Shown here one piece after another: positions 60,030-64,000 of a stretch of 64,000 nucleotides of DNA (position 1 is the stretch's first letter; each line of letters begins with the position of its first letter). Source of the stretch: Bacillota bacterium (GTDB lineage Bacteria > Bacillota > JAAYKD01); contig OY762825.2 of the NCBI GenBank assembly GCA_963666425.2, positions 2,400,001-2,464,000 of the forward strand, written 5' to 3'. The translations under genes and the position numbers were made by a program. The notes beneath the pieces were generated by a model that was not told the origin of the DNA, ran no database searches, and saw nothing but the letters and a program-made list of their open reading frames with translations.

Positions 60030-61466
60030 TTATTTGCTGGGATTGCCGCCTTGGATGAAGGTATACATGTCATCGGTCAGCGCTTGAATGTTCTTCTCAC
60101 CCAGGTAGGCCATATGTCCCGATTCGTAACCTTTGAAGTAGACGCGATCCATCGGCAAGCCGGCGTGATTCAAAGTATAATAAAGGATACCGGTCTGTGT
60201 GCAGATATCATACCAGCCATTGGCAAAGAAGGTGCGCATACCGGGAGTCCGGCGCATAGCGGCGCTGAGACTTTGTGAGGTGTTGCGGCCTTTGATTTCG
60301 TTGTTCCAATTTGCATACAGGGAATGAGAATTGACGAAATTACGATCCCATTTGATATTCAGCATCGGGAAAACTTCGCCGCAGAGCACGGATTGGAAGA
60401 AAGCGTTGTATTTCCCCTCGGCAGGGTCGTCACGAACACCCCATTGCTGTTCATCGAGCAGCGGATCATATAAAGGACGGGTGATTCTGCCGTCCAAACG
60501 AGCCACGGAACGGCCTTTCTTGCGGGCTACCTGACTGCGGTACTCAACATCTTCCACAACAAGCGCACGCTTATCTAAGTATTCGCGGGATACACCGGTA
60601 TAGTAGATGACGCGTTCGATGATATGCTCACGGGTTAATGCGTCTAAAGCTTCGCCCTGATACAGCGCCAGCAAATATTCGCTGTCGGCAAATTGTTTTG
60701 CCTCGGCAACGAATGCTTCCACAGTCTGCTCGGAAGGATGATTATGATACCAGTTGACCGCCGACAAAGTCGGGAAGGCTAAGACAGCCGGATAGACCGG
60801 GGATTTGTCACTGAAAAATTTACCAACTGTGACCGTGTTGCCAATCATAATAATGCCGTCGAAAGTAACACTGTAGGCGCGGTCGGAACCGGACAGAGAT
60901 CCCATGCCGGCAACCGTACTGGCGCGAGTGCAGCCATAACTTTCGCCGACCATATATTTGGGACTTTCCCAACGGTTGTAGCGGGCTAACCACGCTTGAA
61001 TGAAGGTGAGGATGGCTTCCGCATCCGGTTCGATCCCGTAAAATTTGTCCTTGTCCGCTTCGTTCAGCAAACGGCCAAAACCGGTACCAACCGGATCAAT
61101 CAGGACCAGATCGGCAATATCCAGCAGACACTGCGCATTATCGCAGGATTCGTAAGGCGGCAGCGGCAGACCATCTGCGTCGACTTCACCGTATTTTACC
61201 CGCTTTGTACTTAAAAATCCCACATGTACCATCATCGAAGAAGTGCCCGGACCGCCATTAAAGCCAAACAGCACCGGACGGGATTTCAAATCGGTGACAT
61301 CGGAACGGAAATACGAGTAAGAAAAGATTGATGCAATGGGTTTTCCTTCATCATCATAAAAGACGTTGTCTTCGCATACGGTATGATAAGGTACCTTCAC
61401 ACCGCGCAGCGTCAGGCTGCCTTCTGAAGTGAATGTCGAAGGGGTAAAAACATCGGTTTTCAACAT
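60030..61466 (-). CDS. Peptidase S10 (serine carboxypeptidase-like), no signal peptide
   Basis: FNGGPG, IDPVGTGF, GESYG (Ser), GWYD (Asp), ESGHM (His). Start ATG 61466 after AGGAGG. Confidence 0.9.
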   Translation of the reverse strand: MLKTDVFTPSTFTSEGSLTLRGVKVPYHTVCEDNVFYDDEGKPIASIFSYSYFRSDVTDLKSRPVLFGFNGGPGTSSMMVHVGFLSTKRVKYGEVDADGLPLPPYESCDNAQCLLDIADLVLIDPVGTGFGRLLNEADKDKFYGIEPDAEAILTFIQAWLARYNRWESPKYMVGESYGCTRASTVAGMGSLSGSDRAYSVTFDGIIMIGNTVTVGKFFSDKSPVYPAVLAFPTLSAVNWYHNHPSEQTVEAFVAEAKQFADSEYLLALYQGEALDALTREHIIERVIYYTGVSREYLDKRALVVEDVEYRSQVARKKGRSVARLDGRITRPLYDPLLDEQQWGVRDDPAEGKYNAFFQSVLCGEVFPMLNIKWDRNFVNSHSLYANWNNEIKGRNTSQSLSAAMRRTPGMRTFFANGWYDICTQTGILYYTLNHAGLPMDRVYFKGYESGHMAYLGEKNIQALTDDMYTFIQGGNPSK

Positions 61467-61728
61467 GAGCAGTTCCTCCTCTATCAAATTGAATCTCGTG
61501 CGGATTTGCTCCGCATTTCTTATTATAACGTTAGGCGAAGTATTTTGCAAGCTAAGTTCCGCAAGCTTAGAGAAGAATTTTCCGGATACAAAGATGGACG
61601 CCTGCACCAAATTTCAAAAAAAATGCAGCAAACTCTTGCGCTGTGGTATTTTATCGTATATGATAGATCTGGTAAATTAATCCTAGTCTATTCTGGATTG
61701 TTTTCCATGATTTGGAGGCATTAGAAAA

Positions 61729-62499
61729 ATGGCAGAATCACTCTTTCGAGACGATCCTTTAAAAACCGCATCGATTGGTAAGGAGACTCCAGAAGCTAGC
61801 CTTCCTTTCAAGCGGGTCCCGTTTTTCATGTGGTATAACAGAGAATTTGAAGCTTACCTTGCAGAAATGAGCAGCCGGGGTTTTTTTTTGAAGCAAGACA
61901 ATGAGCGCAGAAGCAAATTCGAATGGGAACTAGGTGAAGCGCAGCAATGCGTTTACCGCCTGCTGCTGGCTGCTCCTAAACTGGAGATTTCCCTGATAGA
62001 AACGCTGCAAGCGAGTGGTTGGAGATTGGCCTATACGGAAAAAAACCAAACATTCAGAAAGAATATTGCGTTTCATATCTTTATCAATGCGGACCTTAAT
62101 GCAAGCGATCAGTTTTTTTGGGAAAACAACAAAAAAACGGCTGCTTTGCTGAACCCATTCAAGGAGTCTTTGCTTAATCTCATAAAGGTGATTGGAGGAA
62201 TTGGGCTGCTCATTTGTTTGCTTAATTTGCTTAATGGAATTTATATCGATAATTTTCATTTCATCTCGACCTTTGTGTACTGCGTAGCGATGATTATTTC
62301 TGACGGTCTTTGGCAATACCGTTTTTACAAGGCAGAAGTTTATTTTGTCCGAATCCATCTCGAGGAAAGGCAAACAGAGGAAAATGGAATTTCCGATTGG
62401 CGAAAGGTAAAAAGCAGAGAAGACCGGCAGCTCTGGCTGAGAGTTGCAGTCGGGGTATTGGGGGCAGCCATCGTTTTTGTCCTAGCGGAATTCTTATAG
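61729..62499 (+). CDS. DUF2812-like membrane protein
   Basis: EAYLAEMSSRGFFL...YRL...SGW N-terminal pattern followed by three TM segments. Confidence 0.6.
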   Translation: MAESLFRDDPLKTASIGKETPEASLPFKRVPFFMWYNREFEAYLAEMSSRGFFLKQDNERRSKFEWELGEAQQCVYRLLLAAPKLEISLIETLQASGWRLAYTEKNQTFRKNIAFHIFINADLNASDQFFWENNKKTAALLNPFKESLLNLIKVIGGIGLLICLLNLLNGIYIDNFHFISTFVYCVAMIISDGLWQYRFYKAEVYFVRIHLEERQTEENGISDWRKVKSREDRQLWLRVAVGVLGAAIVFVLAEFL

Positions 62500-62720
62500 T
62501 TTCCCATTATCAAAATAGCAGCACAAGAAATGCTTACCGCCTTGGCATGAACAGACAGTAAGCTTTTTTTGTTTCGTCTTAATTCTGAACAACTCTTTTC
62601 ACCAGGTTAATCAAAGACAAAAGGAAATATCCCTACTGCTATAGAACAATTGAGCGGAAGAGAAGGCGGCAGCTAACATTCGCTATCACACTCAATCAAT
62701 CGAATATCGGAGGGAACCGG

Positions 62721-63281
62721 ATGAGTGAAATTTATCAGTTTCAAAATAAAAGTCCTGTCATCCATCAAAATACCATGCTCGCTCCCGGCGCGAAGATCAT
62801 CGGTGAGGTAACCTTAGCGGAAGGCGTCAGTGTTTGGTATAATGCGGTCCTGCGTGCCGATGTCAATCCAATTCGCATCGGTAAGTTCAGCAACATTCAG
62901 GACAACAGCACCGTCCACGAAGACAGCGGGGAAGGCAGCGGCTTAGCGCAGGGGCTGCCAACAATTTTAGGCGAGTACGTGACCGTAGGCCATGGCTGTA
63001 TTCTGCATGCCTGCCTGATCGAAGACTACTGCTTGATCGGCATGGGCGCGGTCATCCTGGATGGCGCCGTGATTGGCAAGGGGTCGATCGTCGGCGCAGG
63101 CGCTGTGGTAACCAAAGGAACTGTGATCCCGCCTTTTTCTGTCGTTCTGGGTATGCCGGCAAAAGTAGTGAAAACGCTGCCGGAAGAGTCAATTAGCGCC
63201 AGAATAGAACACGCTAGACATTATTATCAGCTGGCAATGGCGCATAAAGAAAGCAATGGGATGATTCTTAAAAAACTGTAG
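62721..63281 (+). CDS. Gamma carbonic anhydrase family (YrdA/PaaY-like hexapeptide) protein
   Basis: SVWYNAVLRAD, SNIQDNSTVH, TVGHGCILH, LIGMGA. Confidence 0.92.
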   Translation: MSEIYQFQNKSPVIHQNTMLAPGAKIIGEVTLAEGVSVWYNAVLRADVNPIRIGKFSNIQDNSTVHEDSGEGSGLAQGLPTILGEYVTVGHGCILHACLIEDYCLIGMGAVILDGAVIGKGSIVGAGAVVTKGTVIPPFSVVLGMPAKVVKTLPEESISARIEHARHYYQLAMAHKESNGMILKKL

Positions 63282-63383
63282 AGCATTTTTTCGGCACTTT
63301 TTTGTCGGAGCGTTTATCTGAAGGGTCTGATCTCGATTTTCTAAAATCCCAGCATTGCTGCATATCCAGAAAGAAGGTCTTTT

Positions 63384-64000
63384 ATGCCTTTTATGATTGC
63401 CATGTCGGTTTTGATTGGCTCACTTTTACTTTGTGTGATTTCCGGCAACAGCATTCTCTATGGTCTGACGGCCGGAGCCATTGCTTTTGTCTTCGCTGCG
63501 CTTGCTTTGGGCTACAAACCGGTCGCTGTGGGACGAATGATGTGGCGCGGGGTGCGTGATAGTTTTATCGTCATGAGTATTTTGCTGTTGATCGGCAGCA
63601 TGACCGGTGTCTGGCGTGCCTGCGGCACGATTCCTTTTTTGGTCTATTATGGCATTCATTTGATCGCGCCGCAAACTTTTATCCTGTTTTCCTTTCTGCT
63701 TTCGGTTGCCGTCTCCTATCTGATCGGCACCAGTATCGGAACCTGCGGGACAATCGGCATCGTGCTGATGGTTCTGGCCAATGCCGGGGGCGTCAATCCG
63801 GTGCTGACGGCCGGCGCGATTATTTCCGGTGTCTATTTTGGCGACCGCGCCAGTCCTGCTTCCAGTTGTGCCAATTTGGTCGCTTTTCTGACCGGAACGG
63901 AACTCTATGCCAACGTGAAACTCATGCTGCGTGATTGCTTAGGACCGATGTTGCTCACAACTGCCTTCTATGCCGTCCTCAGCTTCTTTTTCCCGCTCAA
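63384..64000 (+). CDS. nhaC: NhaC-family Na+/H+ antiporter, 3'-truncated by the window
   Basis: Translated by hand from ATG 63384: ILLLIGSMTGVWRACGTIPFLVYYG...GTSIGTCGTIG...GAIISGVYFGDRASPAS. Confidence 0.85.
   Translation, partial: MPFMIAMSVLIGSLLLCVISGNSILYGLTAGAIAFVFAALALGYKPVAVGRMMWRGVRDSFIVMSILLLIGSMTGVWRACGTIPFLVYYGIHLIAPQTFILFSFLLSVAVSYLIGTSIGTCGTIGIVLMVLANAGGVNPVLTAGAIISGVYFGDRASPASSCANLVAFLTGTELYANVKLMLRDCLGPMLLTTAFYAVLSFFFPL

Overview
64-kb chromosomal window of an anaerobic, SLH-bearing Bacillota genome (Clostridia/Negativicutes-like, inferred from gene content). About 40% of it encodes surface proteins: a truncated N-terminal-SLH S-layer-type gene, a ~4,985-aa C-terminal-SLH adhesin with ~39 cadherin/He_PIG-like repeats, and a 3,403-aa C-terminal-SLH adhesin with YDG/MBG domains including 18 tandem 81-aa repeats. 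Between the two adhesins lie: a tRNA-Arg(ACG)/tRNA-Arg(CCT)/tadA/tRNA-Ser(CGA)/tRNA-Ser(GGA) cluster in which the tadA CDS ends inside a tRNA gene; tRNA-Ser(GCT); a G3P-dehydrogenase-like three-gene operon; an SPFH/Arc pair; and tmRNA. Downstream of tmRNA is an accessory-looking tract with two covarying REP-like palindromes, an orphan sdpR-sdpI-yhfC-DUF3887 operon, and a vanG-type D-Ala-D-Ser cluster whose VanT has no membrane domain. Redox genes, a divergent membrane pyrophosphatase and phosphoketolase follow. No integrase, transposase, CRISPR array or rRNA was seen. The strongest leads are the tadA/tRNA overlap (possible non-stop mRNA control), the REP-like elements at tmRNA, and the racemase-only vanT. 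All family calls come from motif recognition, not database searches.
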